A stretch of 64,000 nucleotides of DNA from Gekko japonicus (lineage: Eukaryota). Within the stretch, counting starts at the first letter, position 1. Every line of letters begins with the position of its first letter. The DNA lies in assembly GCF_001447785.1 (NCBI RefSeq), contig NW_015175975.1:1599749-1663748 (forward strand). Direction: 5' to 3'. The notes under the pieces were generated by a model. It saw only the letters and a list, made by a program, of their open reading frames with translations. It ran no database searches and was not told where the DNA came from. Of this stretch, positions 49,301-60,707 are shown piece after piece. A program made the translations under genes and the position numbers.

Positions 49301-51532
49301 GCTTAACTGGCAAATATCTCCTCAATAACTAATACCTGAGTGCAGTTTTTTAAGTTGCTTTCGCACTGGTACATTTCCCCACATAAATTACTGTTGGAGA
49401 AAATGCAACAACATCAGCAGAGCATACCACTTATGGTGATATATCCAATTATACAAAAAAATTGGAAACAAATTCATTCCCTGATCTGTGACATAATGTC
49501 TCTAGAACTTCCTTATTCTCCTGACTTCTTGCTACTTGATTGTAGGGTGGATGTATGTATCCAACACACAAACAAAGTATTGATATCCAATAGTTTAGTG
49601 GCTGCTAGATTAACTATAGCTAGTGCCTGGAATCAACTGATTCCCCCTTCTTTAAATTTATGGTATGCTAAATTATGGGATCAAGTTTTAATTAGTAGAA
49701 TAATGGACAATCCATTCTTTTTTGGAGTTCCAGGTATTATGACTCAGGTAGATCATTTGGAGCTATGGTTACCAGTTTTGACTCTCCTTTCCAGTAAAGG
49801 AATCCCTTCCATAGATGATCAACAATTCAGTTGGTTAAAAATTTAAGAAATGGGATCTCGTGTTCTTGGACTTATTCGATAGAAATCTTTGGGTGTATGT
49901 TTTCTAATGTCTGATAAATAAAAATTGGGGATGGAAGAAAAGTAGGAAAATACAGATATATATAGAGATATTAACTGTACCAAATACCAAGATATCTCCA
50001 GGCAATCTCAGCAGATGGAGGGCAGCATTTTTCTTATATGGACTCTTCCAGTGGACAGTAGATGGACACTCTCAGTAGGTGGGCCCAAGATAACACTAAC
50101 CCTCTCCTTCCAACAAAGCATGTCCTAGAAATCTCAAATACACTGCTAATACAAGCTCCCTGTAAAAGATGTCTCTGTTGGTACATTAAATCCTTGATAA
50201 CCTTCTGGATGTGCCATTCATATTTGAAGTTAAACCCTACCCTATCCCATCCTTGTATCACAGTTTTGTCTCAAACTATCCCATCTCGAATAGCTGCTTC
50301 AAATTCCCTATATTTAACATAATTTAGTTAAAATATTTATACTAGGCCTCTCAGTCAAAGGTTTTTGAGAACACATCTGCATAAAATTAATTGCAACCAT
50401 CTTCCAATAAATAATAATACAAATAGCAGTAGCAAGTCAAGGAGGGAGTTGACATCTGAGGTGCAAGTAATCCCTCCACCTTAACTTTGAGGTTGACCCA
50501 CATAGATCTCTTGCATTAATTTCCCTTTAAAACAGCCCTGATTTGATTCCCCTCATATCCCCCCCAATTTTTTTTCTCTATCTTTTAACTATATTTCTGA
50601 GATTCTTGTGTGTGTGTTTTTTTCCAGACATGGATGGCTGTATCAAATGCCCTGAAGACCAATATCCAAATAAGGCCCAAAATGAATGTTTCCCCAAGAG
50701 AATTATTTTCCTGACTTCTGAAGAACCTTTGGGGATCATTATAGTGTCATTTATTCTTTCTTTTTCTCTAACGACAGTGTTTATATTGATCACCTTTATA
50801 AAAAATCGTGATACTCCCATAGTCAAAGCCAACAACCGGAGCCTCACCTACATCCTCCTCATCTCCCTCCTGCTTTGCTTCCTCTGCTCCTTCCTGTTCA
50901 TTGGGCAGCCGGGGAGGGTGACTTGCCTTCTCCGGCAAACTTCTTTTAGCATGGTCTTCTCTGTGGCTATTTCCAGTGTATTGGCCAAAACAATCACTGT
51001 GGTTCTGGCCTTCATGGCAACCAAACCAGGATCCAGAGTGAGAAGGTGGGTGGGGAAAAGAATGGCAAACTCTATTGTCGTTTCCTGCTCTCTTATTCAA
51101 GTAGCGCTTTGTACAGCTTGGCAAATTTCCTCTCCTCCATTCCCATACATGGACATGAAGTCACTAGATGATAAAATGATTCTAGAATGTAATGAGGGCT
51201 CAGCTACAATGTTTTACTGTGTATTGGGCTATATGGGCTTCCTGGCCATTGTCACCTTCACTGTGGCTTTCTTTGCCAGGAAGTTGCCAGATAGTTTCAA
51301 TGAAGCCAAATTTATCACCTTCAGCATGCTGGTCTTTTGTAGTGTTTGGGTACCATTTGTTCCCACCTATTACAGCATTAAGGGAAAGTCCGTGGTAGCA
51401 GTGGAGATCTTCTCCATCTTGGCCTCCAGTGCTGGTTTACTGGGTTGCATATTTTCCCCTAAATGCTACATCATTGTGATGAGGCCTGAGCTGAACAACA
51501 GGCATCAGTTAATACCAAGAAAGCATCAGTGA
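40061..51532 (+). CDS. V2R: V2R gene D, intact six-exon receptor, close paralog of B (906 aa): join(40061..40395,42258..42549,43161..43994,44651..44878,48278..48404,50628..51532)
   Basis: Exon lengths identical to gene B (335/292/834/228/127/905); GT-AG introns; no stops. Confidence 0.9.
40830..41045 (+). mobile_element. 5S rRNA-derived SINE (paralogous to 8705-8920)
   Basis: GGAAGCTAAGCAGGGTCAGCCCTGGTGAGTACTTGGATGGGAGACC followed by the SINE tail. Confidence 0.78.
42258..42549 (+). CDS. V2R gene D exon 2
   Basis: 292 bp, nearly identical to gene B exon 2. Confidence 0.95.
43161..43994 (+). CDS. V2R gene D exon 3
   Basis: 834 bp, open frame. Confidence 0.95.
44262..44400. mobile_element. 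Right end only of a hAT MITE (family of 58546-58957)
   Basis: Nearly identical to 58812-58957; ends GAAATGACCCGTG. Confidence 0.8.
44651..44878 (+). CDS. V2R gene D exon 4
   Basis: 228 bp; [13 protein letters not shown]...FTQ|gt. Confidence 0.95.
46058..47569 (-). mobile_element. Young 5'-truncated L1 (ORF2 C-terminus with zinc knuckle)
   Basis: 400-codon open frame ([12 protein letters not shown]; [19 protein letters not shown]); A-rich tail; perfect 15-bp TSD TCTGATAACACTTTA (46043-46057, 47570-47584). Confidence 0.93.
47630..47955 (+). mobile_element. L2 LINE 3' end
   Basis: [14 protein letters not shown]; stem-loop GCCGCCCTGAGCCC..GGGCGGG; (TAAA)n tail; absent in gene B. Confidence 0.8.
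48278..48404 (+). CDS. V2R gene D exon 5
   Basis: 127 bp; [21 protein letters not shown]. Confidence 0.95.
48416..49941 (+). mobile_element. Degenerate L1 3' portion inserted at the exon 5 donor
   Basis: GVPDFKTFY and [15 protein letters not shown]2 remnants; AATAAA near the end; 11-bp TSD GTAGGAAAATA (48405-48415, 49942-49952). Confidence 0.85.
50628..51532 (+). CDS. V2R gene D exon 6 (7TM)
   Basis: cag|AC acceptor; open 905 bp. Confidence 0.95.
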
Positions 51533-51684
51533 ATATGAGCATGTATTCTCCTAACTATATCAATTTATTAACATGTATATGCTATATGAGCTTCATTCAT
51601 GTTTTGATTTCTTCTTCTGAAACAGAATTGTTGTTTTGCATTCATGTATGTAACTGATTGTTAATATTCATAAACTGCTTTTGT

Positions 51685-51870
51685 CTCAGTGCCAAAGCAT
51701 GTTAGTCTTCTGCAGGGGGAATCCTCTTTTCTTACCTACTTGAGCACTCAAGGAAAACACTTGCCACCTGTGGAGATTTTCTCCATCATTGCCTCCAGTG
51801 TTGGCTTGCATCTTCTTCTTTAAATTGTACATCATTATAAGGAGCTTCAGTATAAGGAACAGCAGTATAA
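51685..51870 (+). pseudogene. Decayed V2R TM6-TM7 fragment downstream of gene D
   Basis: agcatgttagtcttctgcag...acctacttgagcactcaaggaaaa...gtggagattttctccatc. Confidence 0.7.
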
Positions 51871-52803
51871 GGACTCCAGTTGATGCCAAACACCTCAACT
51901 CAGTTATTTAGTGGGAGCTAGTTGGAGCATGACACCAGTGTAAAACATCAGGAGGACATTCCAGGATTCTCAAAAATTCTATGGTTTTGGCAAAACTTAG
52001 GGCACCCTTCTCAAGGAGTCCAAAGTTGAATCTCATTGGTCCCCAGGGCTGTTGTACACAAGTAACCAAACCTTTTTATTTATTTTATTAAAATTATATG
52101 AAACTCTATTTAATTTCTGTCAAATCAAAGAGTTATCCTATTGGCAACACAATGCTCTAAAATCATACAGTAGAAAAAAAAGAAGGCTAGCTTAACTAAA
52201 ATGTTTTCAAGATTTGCATTAGATGGCAGAAACCTTAAGTTCAAGAGTCAAAGGCCACAGAATAAGCATTCTCTGCTTTACTGACTATTGCAATGTAAGC
52301 ATATCATATTCCAGGATAGCCTTCTTTTCTACACTCTTAGCTCAGTCATAGTCTTTTGCCCAAGCAGGTCATGATGACATCCAATCAGCACACAGTCTGG
52401 TTGGAACCCTCTAGAAAATTACCTCACCATTCCTGACCGCCTGACCTTCCATCCTGTGGCCAGAGGTTTTCATGAGAAACTAATTACCACTTCCCCAACT
52501 CTGACCATAAAGATGTTAAGGGCTATGTAGGCTTGAGAAATCAGTTAGAAACACCCGCAGGATGGAAGAAGCCCATTACCATTCACATTAGCCCTTGAGG
52601 GGGAGAACCATGATTCCTTTGCCTCACTTGCCCCCCCCCAAAAAAAAGCTGAGATTCATGGCTCAAAACCATGAATGGAGTTTATGTACATAGGCAAAGC
52701 AACTACCATTCTAGGAAGAGAGGTAAATCAAAGTTTTAATTGCCGCATAAGATTAGCAGAGCAACATACATATCAAATCAATGCAGAAAATCCCCTCTCA
52801 AGG

Positions 52804-53190
52804 TAGGGCTGCCTGGTCCCCGGTGGGGCAGGGGATTTTGTGCCCAAAGGGCCCCCAACCCTGCCAATCCAGATCAGACCAGCGAGGGGAACCCTGCCCC
52901 CAAAGTACCCAGTTCGGGCCGACATGTCCAGCATGATGACATCACCCAGAAGTGATGTCATCACGTTGGACACATCGCCGGCCGATGCTCTAGCAATCAG
53001 CCTGGAAACTCAACAGTACCATAGAGTTTCCAGGCTGATTCCTAGAGCTTTGGATTGCGACATGTCCAACAGGATGACGTCACTTCTGGGTGACGTCATC
53101 GTGGCGTGTGTGGGTTTTTCCCACACACAAATGTCCCAGGCAGGGATAAACTCTCCCCTGCTGTGCAAAGTACGTGACTTGGCAATCCTA
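52804..53190. mobile_element. hAT MITE (TAGGG-type termini) with a central hairpin
   Basis: TIRs TAGGGCTGCC / GGCAATCCTA; 8-bp TSD TCTCAAGG (52796-52803, 53191-53198). Confidence 0.88.
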
Positions 53191-53511
53191 TCTCAAGGTC
53201 TCACTCTCCCCATTGATGGGACAGGACAATGATGCCCTGGCTGGCCTTGACGTGAGCAGTTTCAAAACTAAAATCCTGTGGACTCAAAGCCCATCTCAAA
53301 TTTGAAATCACACAGATACACCCTTAATTTGCTAAGGGCCCAATCCAGAGCCAATCCTTCCTTATACAGGCTACAAAATGCTTGCTCATGGGGCTGGAAC
53401 TTTCTGCTCAGATAGACTACAGGATCAGATAAAAGCTCCCCATCATCTCTGTTTTGAAGAAGCACAACCTCCAGGCCCCTCTCTGAAGCATTGGTTCTAA
53501 CTGCAAAAGGT

Positions 53512-54082
53512 CAGGGTCCAACCTACCTGAGGGACTGCCTTTCCCCATACATACCCCCAAGAGCACTTCGGTCGGGGACACAACATCGCCTGGTGATTCC
53601 AGGCCCCCGGGAGGTAAAGCTTGCTGAGACCACGGCCAGATCCTTCTCAGTGGCGGCCCCCACCTAGTGGAACAAGCTCCCGGAGGAGATCAGGGCCCTG
53701 CGGGACCTTATGCAGTTCCACAGGGCCTGCAAGACAGAGCTCTTCCATCAGGCTTTTATATAGGGGCCGCAACTTCTACTACTACCACCACTGAAACAAC
53801 GGGGTTGGGAGTGGTCCCCGGAGGAACGACCATAAATTTGCATGGCACTGATGCTGCTGGACTGGCTTGGACCATCGACAGGACAATTTAACCAAGGAAA
53901 TGATTGTTACCATCCTCAGAGACCATCTTGTCTGTATGGAGCACTTTATCTGTTTGTTGTGATTTAATGGTTTTTACTGTTTTATATTGTTTTATGTATG
54001 ACCTTATGCCCCTGTGTAAGCTGCCCTGAGACCATTTGCAGGGAGGGCGAGGTAAAAATGCAAATAAATAAATATAAATAAA
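53512..54082 (+). mobile_element. L2 LINE 3' end nested in Gypsy copy 2
   Basis: GPTYLRDCLSPY..RALRS..RSFSVAAP..WNKLPEEIR..CKTELFHQAF; (TAAA)n tail. Confidence 0.88.
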
Positions 54083-56609
54083 AAATATAATTCGGAGGGA
54101 CTAAGATGGGTTCTTGCATGTTGTTTCTTCAAATCATCAAAGGCCTGTTGGCACTCAGGGGTCCAGATGACCTTATCAGGGGTCCTCTTTTTACATAAAT
54201 TGGTCAAAGTTGCAACAAGGGCACTGAACCCCTTTACAGATCTTCTATAAAAATTTACTAGGACTAGGAATGCTGGTACCTCCTTCTTTGTGAGAGGCTT
54301 GGGACATTCCATAATACTAGTAACCTTGGTTTCATGAGGCCTTATGCTATTTGATCCAACCACATACCCCAAATACACGACATGATTTCACCCAAATTGA
54401 CACTTAGATGCCTTGATTATGAGGCTGGCTTGATGGATCCTCGAGAGGATCTCTCTCACATTGTCCAGGTATTCTGTCCAAGTGGGGCCATAGGTTGCAA
54501 TATCATCGTAAGAGGCAGCAGCCAAAACTAGACCATACAGTACTCAATTCATCAGTCTCTGGAAGGTTTTTGAGGCCCCATTTAAGCCAAACGGCATATT
54601 GACAAATTGATAATGTCCCAAAGGTGACACAAAGGCAGTCTTATCAAACGCTTCAGGGCTCAGTGGAACTTTCCAATACCCTGACACCAAATCAATAGTG
54701 CTGATATAAGCAGCCCCAGCCAAGTCCTCAATCAAGCTTTCAATTCTAGGAGTAGGATAAGGATCCACAACCATTAGCCTATTCAGTTTTCTGAAGTCCA
54801 CACAGAAATGATATTTGGTGGGGGCACCCTCTGACAACTTCTTTGGCAGGATAACCAGAGGTGCTCCCAAATCAAAGTGAGACTCCTTGCTTACTCCCCA
54901 CTTCAATTTTTATTGAATCTCAGCAGCCACAATCTTTTGCATGGGTCAATTCAACAGGGAAGGAACTGGACATTTTTGGAGCATATGCCTGTGTCTCTCT
55001 TTGATGTATGAGCAAATCAGTCTGGCCAGGCACATTAGAGAAAAGAGGCTGGAAACAGGACAGCACTTGTTTCTATTCATCCACTTGCTGTTGTAGAGGC
55101 CATCTATAGTTGCTCTGATCCTTCGGCTCCTACATCCTCATTCAACAACTTAGGTAGGCACAGCTTTTCTCTCTCTGCAGCCTTCACTAGGAACATCTGG
55201 CCGTCCATCTCTTGAAACAACTTCAGAAAGTTAAAATGAACAACCTGAGTCTTTTTATGTGGACCCAATTCCTGGATCAAGTAATTATCCATCTCCATTT
55301 TTGTAACATCCACTATAGACTGACCCATGCAGCCTGCAACTTGGCTACATAATCTGGCTTCAAGTCTAAGACTTTATCTTTAACAGCCTTGCTCCTAGGC
55401 TTAGTGTGCCAGTCATAATTGTCCTTTTGTTCGACTTGGGCCTGCTTAAGGAAATCTCCAGCCACTTTCCTGACCTGCTCTAACATCCCATGTTGCATGG
55501 GACTAGTAATCCTTCTTCTGAAAATTATCTCATTAGGGGTGTGCCATCCTAGGCTGGCTATAGGGGCATCCCTGATAGCAAACACCAAATAAGGGAGTAC
55601 CCTGTGCCAGCCTCCCAGGTGCTCCATGGCATAGGCCTTTAGCATCTTGCCCAGAGTCTGCACAAACCTCTCCACCAGTACATTTGTGCTTTGACAATGA
55701 GCTCAATCCCTTTCAGTTTATACACTTTCCGCATTAGTTTAGAGGTGAAGTTTGTTCCTTGATCAAAGATTATAATCTCAGGTCATCCAAATGTGGAACT
55801 AAACTCCAGCAAGGCCTTAGCAATATTAGAAGCACAGATAGAGTTAAGTGCAATGGAAGACGAAAAACAAGATTTTTAAAAAATTAAATAAATAGGGCTG
55901 CTTTAGAACAGCTTGCCCTTAAAATATGTTCAAATATTTTGATAATTATAATGTAGAACAGCCATTCAAATAAATTAGTTAACCCTATTCTTTTGTTTCA
56001 CGTCTTAGTTTTAGGGACCAAGTTTCTTGCTGGATTTATCCCACATTCCCCATTAAAAAAATAAACATATACATCCTCACAATCCCTAGGGATCCTCACT
56101 TAGAACCCATTAAATACAATTTTCAAATTCCCAAGTGTGCTTACTATTGCACTGGCACTGGAATCCATTCATTGTTATTAATGTATATTTAATTTCATTT
56201 TTAATTGCATTCAAAACATTATTGACAAAATTACAGCAATAGGTACATTGCAATACAGAACTGTCGCCCTATTGTCACAAATGTTCAGAATAGTTCTAAC
56301 TTGTTACTGATATTACGGAACAATGAATCTTTAGAAATCAATATTTTTCTACGGAAAGTTTCCTTTTCAGCAAATTTTCTCTTACTATGTTATCCCAAAA
56401 TCTTAATGTTTTATTGATGTACTTTAAATTTTTGGAATACTGTAAAGGGGCACATTTTCTTTTTGTATTATGTCTAAGGACCATAAAAAGAAACTAAACT
56501 AAACTATTGTGGAATCATTTCTAAAGTTGGCCTGTCATCTGCAGTCCACACATCCCTTGGACAAATTCAGCATTCATACAAAAACCAGCAGATAAAATGG
56601 CACAATCTA

Positions 56610-56800
56610 CTATGTTTTCCTCATTACTCTTTCCTTGTTGTTTAGCTTAGGCCTCATCACAATGATGTAGCATTTAGGGTAAATATGAAACCTAGAAGAC
56701 CGGTGCTGGAGGATAAGATGGAGAAAATGTCTACAGCCATGGTGTATTTCCCCTTGATGCTCAGATAGGTTAGAATAAAGGAAAGCCAAACACTGCAACA
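56610..56800 (-). pseudogene. Antisense V2R relic (TM6 to C-terminus), frameshifted
   Basis: [52 protein letters not shown]...stop; 1-bp deletion near 56682. Confidence 0.88.
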
Positions 56801-57444
56801 CGATTTAACAGCCAACGGCCGTTCCGGCCCTTGGGCTGGGAAAGCACATTTGCCGCCCAGCCGGAAGAGACAGGGAGCGGTTCTGGCGCCAAAAGCGCCG
56901 CACACGGGACCCAGGAGGGGGCGGGGTAGTGAGAGGCTTAAAGCCCAGCCCCACCTCTCCTACTCAGCAGTCCCGCGCGGATCGTCGGCCCACCCTCCCA
57001 CCCTGTTAGTAGTGCAGGTGTTGGCTGGTCGCCAGTTTTTGGGGCCGGGTAGGAATTTTTCACCCCTTCCTGTTTGGCACTTGGAGGGGGTGTTTTTGCC
57101 TACCCTGCACTGCGGCAGGGATGCAGGTGTTTATGGGGGTGAGCTGTGTTAGCCAGGTCGGTCACTTTCATTTAGGCAGGTTGCTATGCGGTCTACAGAT
57201 TGCGGTCCGGTGAGCACCAGCTGACGCCCATCTTTGGGTTTTAAGGGGTCCTGTGAGTACAGTCTTTGTGCCTTGCGGCATGGGGCGGGAAAAATGGACT
57301 GCCTTCAGGACGGCCCTGTTTAGGTCCTCTCTTTGAACCTTGCAGCTTGGGGGATGGGGCCACAGGGTTGTCCTGCAATGGCTAGCCGGCCGGGTGAGAG
57401 CCCCTGCAGTGGGCTCCCACCCGGGGCAGGGTGGCTCGCCCTAT
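56801..57444. mobile_element. CpG-rich repeat truncating the antisense V2R, possibly a DIRS/Ngaro terminus
   Basis: Abrupt GC shift at the V2R breakpoint; GGTAGGAATTTTT..TTGGCA..GGGGGTGTTTTTGCCT motif recalled from tyrosine-recombinase retroelement ends; runs into the gap. Confidence 0.35.
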
Positions 57445-58429
57445 NNNNNNNNNNNNNNNNNNNNNNNNNNNNNNNNNNNNNNNNNNNNNNNNNNNNNNNN
57501 NNNNNNNNNNNNNNNNNNNNNNNNNNNNNNNNNNNNNNNNNNNNNNNNNNNNNNNNNNNNNNNNNNNNNNNNNNNNNNNNNNNNNNNNNNNNNNNNNNNN
57601 NNNNNNNNNNNNNNNNNNNNNNNNNNNNNNNNNNNNNNNNNNNNNNNNNNNNNNNNNNNNNNNNNNNNNNNNNNNNNNNNNNNNNNNNNNNNNNNNNNNN
57701 NNNNNNNNNNNNNNNNNNNNNNNNNNNNNNNNNNNNNNNNNNNNNNNNNNNNNNNNNNNNNNNNNNNNNNNNNNNNNNNNNNNNNNNNNNNNNNNNNNNN
57801 NNNNNNNNNNNNNNNNNNNNNNNNNNNNNNNNNNNNNNNNNNNNNNNNNNNNNNNNNNNNNNNNNNNNNNNNNNNNNNNNNNNNNNNNNNNNNNNNNNNN
57901 NNNNNNNNNNNNNNNNNNNNNNNNNNNNNNNNNNNNNNNNNNNNNNNNNNNNNNNNNNNNNNNNNNNNNNNNNNNNNNNNNNNNNNNNNNNNNNNNNNNN
58001 NNNNNNNNNNNNNNNNNNNNNNNNNNNNNNNNNNNNNNNNNNNNNNNNNNNNNNNNNNNNNNNNNNNNNNNNNNNNNNNNNNNNNNNNNNNNNNNNNNNN
58101 NNNNNNNNNNNNNNNNNNNNNNNNNNNNNNNNNNNNNNNNNNNNNNNNNNNNNNNNNNNNNNNNNNNNNNNNNNNNNNNNNNNNNNNNNNNNNNNNNNNN
58201 NNNNNNNNNNNNNNNNNNNNNNNNNNNNNNNNNNNNNNNNNNNNNNNNNNNNNNNNNNNNNNNNNNNNNNNNNNNNNNNNNNNNNNNNNNNNNNNNNNNN
58301 NNNNNNNNNNNNNNNNNNNNNNNNNNNNNNNNNNNNNNNNNNNNNNNNNNNNNNNNNNNNNNNNNNNNNNNNNNNNNNNNNNNNNNNNNNNNNNNNNNNN
58401 NNNNNNNNNNNNNNNNNNNNNNNNNNNNN
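57445..58429. other. Assembly gap (985 N)
   Basis: Run of N. Confidence 1.
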
Positions 58430-58545
58430 ATGCTTTGGAGTGTTGACATTATCCATCCGCAAATTGAAATGACAGCCCCTGAGGAGTGTTATCAGTTCTC
58501 TGGAGGCTATCATTCCAGTCCAAGAACAGTTTGTATGGTCCCAGG

Positions 58546-58957
58546 CAGGGGTCATTTCCTGCAGGAGCGCACAGGAGCAGAGCTCCAGCAGTAAAGAGCC
58601 CAGGGGGCAGGCACATGCAACAAGCCCCATCCCCTGCTCCCAGCAGCCCTCAGTCAGAGCAAGAAGCAGCCAGGTAAGCTGCAGAGCCGCCCCATCCCTC
58701 CCCGGTCCAAACAGTCTAGTGGCACCTTTAAGACCAAGTGTTATTCATGTGCAAGCTCTCCCTCCTCTGTGAGGACAGATCTGCACGTCCCCCCCCCATA
58801 GCTAGCAATCCAAAACAGTCCAGTGGAGCCTGAGCGGTGGGTGTTGCCATCTGACACACTCCCGATGATGTCAGGAGGTGTGGCATATGCAAATGAGTTA
58901 TGCTAATGAGTTAGGCTAATGAGCTCCTGCACCTCTTTTTCTATGAAATGACCCCTG
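58546..58957. mobile_element. hAT MITE
   Basis: Perfect 13-bp TIRs CAGGGGTCATTTC / GAAATGACCCCTG; 8-bp TSD GTCCCAGG (58538-58545, 58958-58965). Confidence 0.92.
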
Positions 58958-60423
58958 GTCCCAGGGACCATCATCCCATTCTGGGGGCTGTCATTCCAAG
59001 CCTGGGTCAGTTTTCTCTCAATCCCTTCACATTTTCCTTGCAACATTTCTGTGCTGCTGTAATATATTTCAATGGAGCTCATGCAAGTCATTTGGCATCC
59101 CTGGCTCCCACTTTGGGGGAGGGTGGAATTGTTTGTTTGTTTTAAATGACACAAAATTGCAGTGAAGTGGTTGCTACCTTTCCTTTAAAGAACCCCCAAC
59201 TTTCAAGGAAATTGAACCAAGAGTTAGAATTCTACAGGCCTGTAAACAAGGTGCCCACAGTTTCTATTTTTCCAGCCCCCCTCAATGCATTGAGTGAGAG
59301 GGAGGAGGCATGAATCTTTCCTGGTAATTTCCAAACTCATAAAAAGCAATCCCCCCCAGGGATTACTTTGAGGAGGAGGGTTTCATTACACCAACAACCC
59401 TGGATTTGCATTACCACTGTGGCAATCGAGACTGGCCATTTCTGTGTACATTTCCAGCTTGTCAATTTTGTTATGACCACCCCTACTCAGAAAGCTATGC
59501 TCTGCAATCTGAGGGTGATTATGATCCCTGTAATTATCTGCAAACACTATGAGTTGTTGTCCTTGTTTTCTGAGAGCACACAGATGTGAAGAGATTACAA
59601 AAAACTATCTATAGCTAAATTGGAAACGTGATATAAACCCATTTCCTTCCTACTACTTTTAGAAATTCTAAACCACACATGATCTGACAAGCTGGTCTTT
59701 TCAGATTTACAGGTCAGGTATTAAATGAACTTACCAGTGGAGTCAGAAAGTTGTAGAAGGCAGCGTACTGTGACCTGATGAGCATTTGCTTGTGATGAGT
59801 CAAAAGCTACAGGACTTAGTATTCAGAGAGAGAGGGTGAAAGAATGCTTCCATGATGGCCAGGTCATTTCTGTTGCTGCTCTTATTGCTGCTGCTTCAGG
59901 CACAGTGCATTGCTCACACTGCTATGTGCCACATGAACAATCCCTTTCAGATTCCACATGAGTATTATCAGAAAGGCGACTTTATCATTGGTGGAGTTAT
60001 TTCCCTGCTTTCAACCTTCTATCATCTTGTGGACTTCAAACAACACCTTGATCCGTGGGTTTTTCAGCCACCTGTGTAAGGATATTTTCCCCCATTGCAG
60101 GTCTTAGTAAAGAGGGATATAGTCTTTATACGTTCTCTGCCACCCAATTGTTTCTAGTAATAGAGCTGTTTTAAGGGATTTTTGTACATATACAGCTTTT
60201 ATTATTACCATTACTCGCCTTGAGACCAGGGGTGGAGAATTAATAAATAAATATGAATACTTCCCTGTTTAGAAGAAAAGGTTTATAGTCCATTCCTATG
60301 CCTATTTCCTCAGAGGTCAGTCACATTATGTGTAATAGGATGTACTCCTGCATCAGTCTATGTTGGGTTGATTATTATGAAACATATTGTTCAGGGATGC
60401 ATGTACTCTTACTTTCAAACTGT

Positions 60424-60707
60424 GGCTGATTCGGCACTAGAGCTGTCTCGATGTTGCGCTGCCGTTTGCCCCTATACTATTGGTCAATTTCACACCCGAA
60501 GCTGCGGGGCTGCATTTTGACTCGCGGCTAGGCCCAATTTCCCCCGCAGTTTCGTGATCCTGTATTTTTGAGGATCACGAAACTGCGGAGAAAATTGGGC
60601 GAAGCCGCGGGTCAAATGCAGCCCCGCGGCTTCGGGTGTGAAATTGACCAATAGTATCTGGGCAAACGGCGGCGCAACATCGAGGCAGCTCTAGTGCGAA
60701 ATCAGCC
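60424..60707. mobile_element. Fold-back PIF/Harbinger-like MITE
   Basis: The whole 284 bp is a near-perfect inverted repeat (GGCTGATT...AATCAGCC); 3-bp TSD TGT. Confidence 0.88.

Larger units (their letters stand above)
52790..55860 (-). mobile_element. Ty3/Gypsy pol relic with integrase-RT-RNase H order (Gmr1-like), copy 2
   Basis: Integrase core (DQGTNF; ERFVQTLGKML..W...LPYLVFAIR) lies 5' of RT (FCVDFRKLN, YPTPRIE, IDLVSGYW, MPFGL) and RNase H (PVVYLSRK..KEGLA..WAL). Confidence 0.9.

Noticed and set aside
57320-58630. Long ORFs of 355-436 aa
   Set aside because: Artefacts of translating through the N gap.
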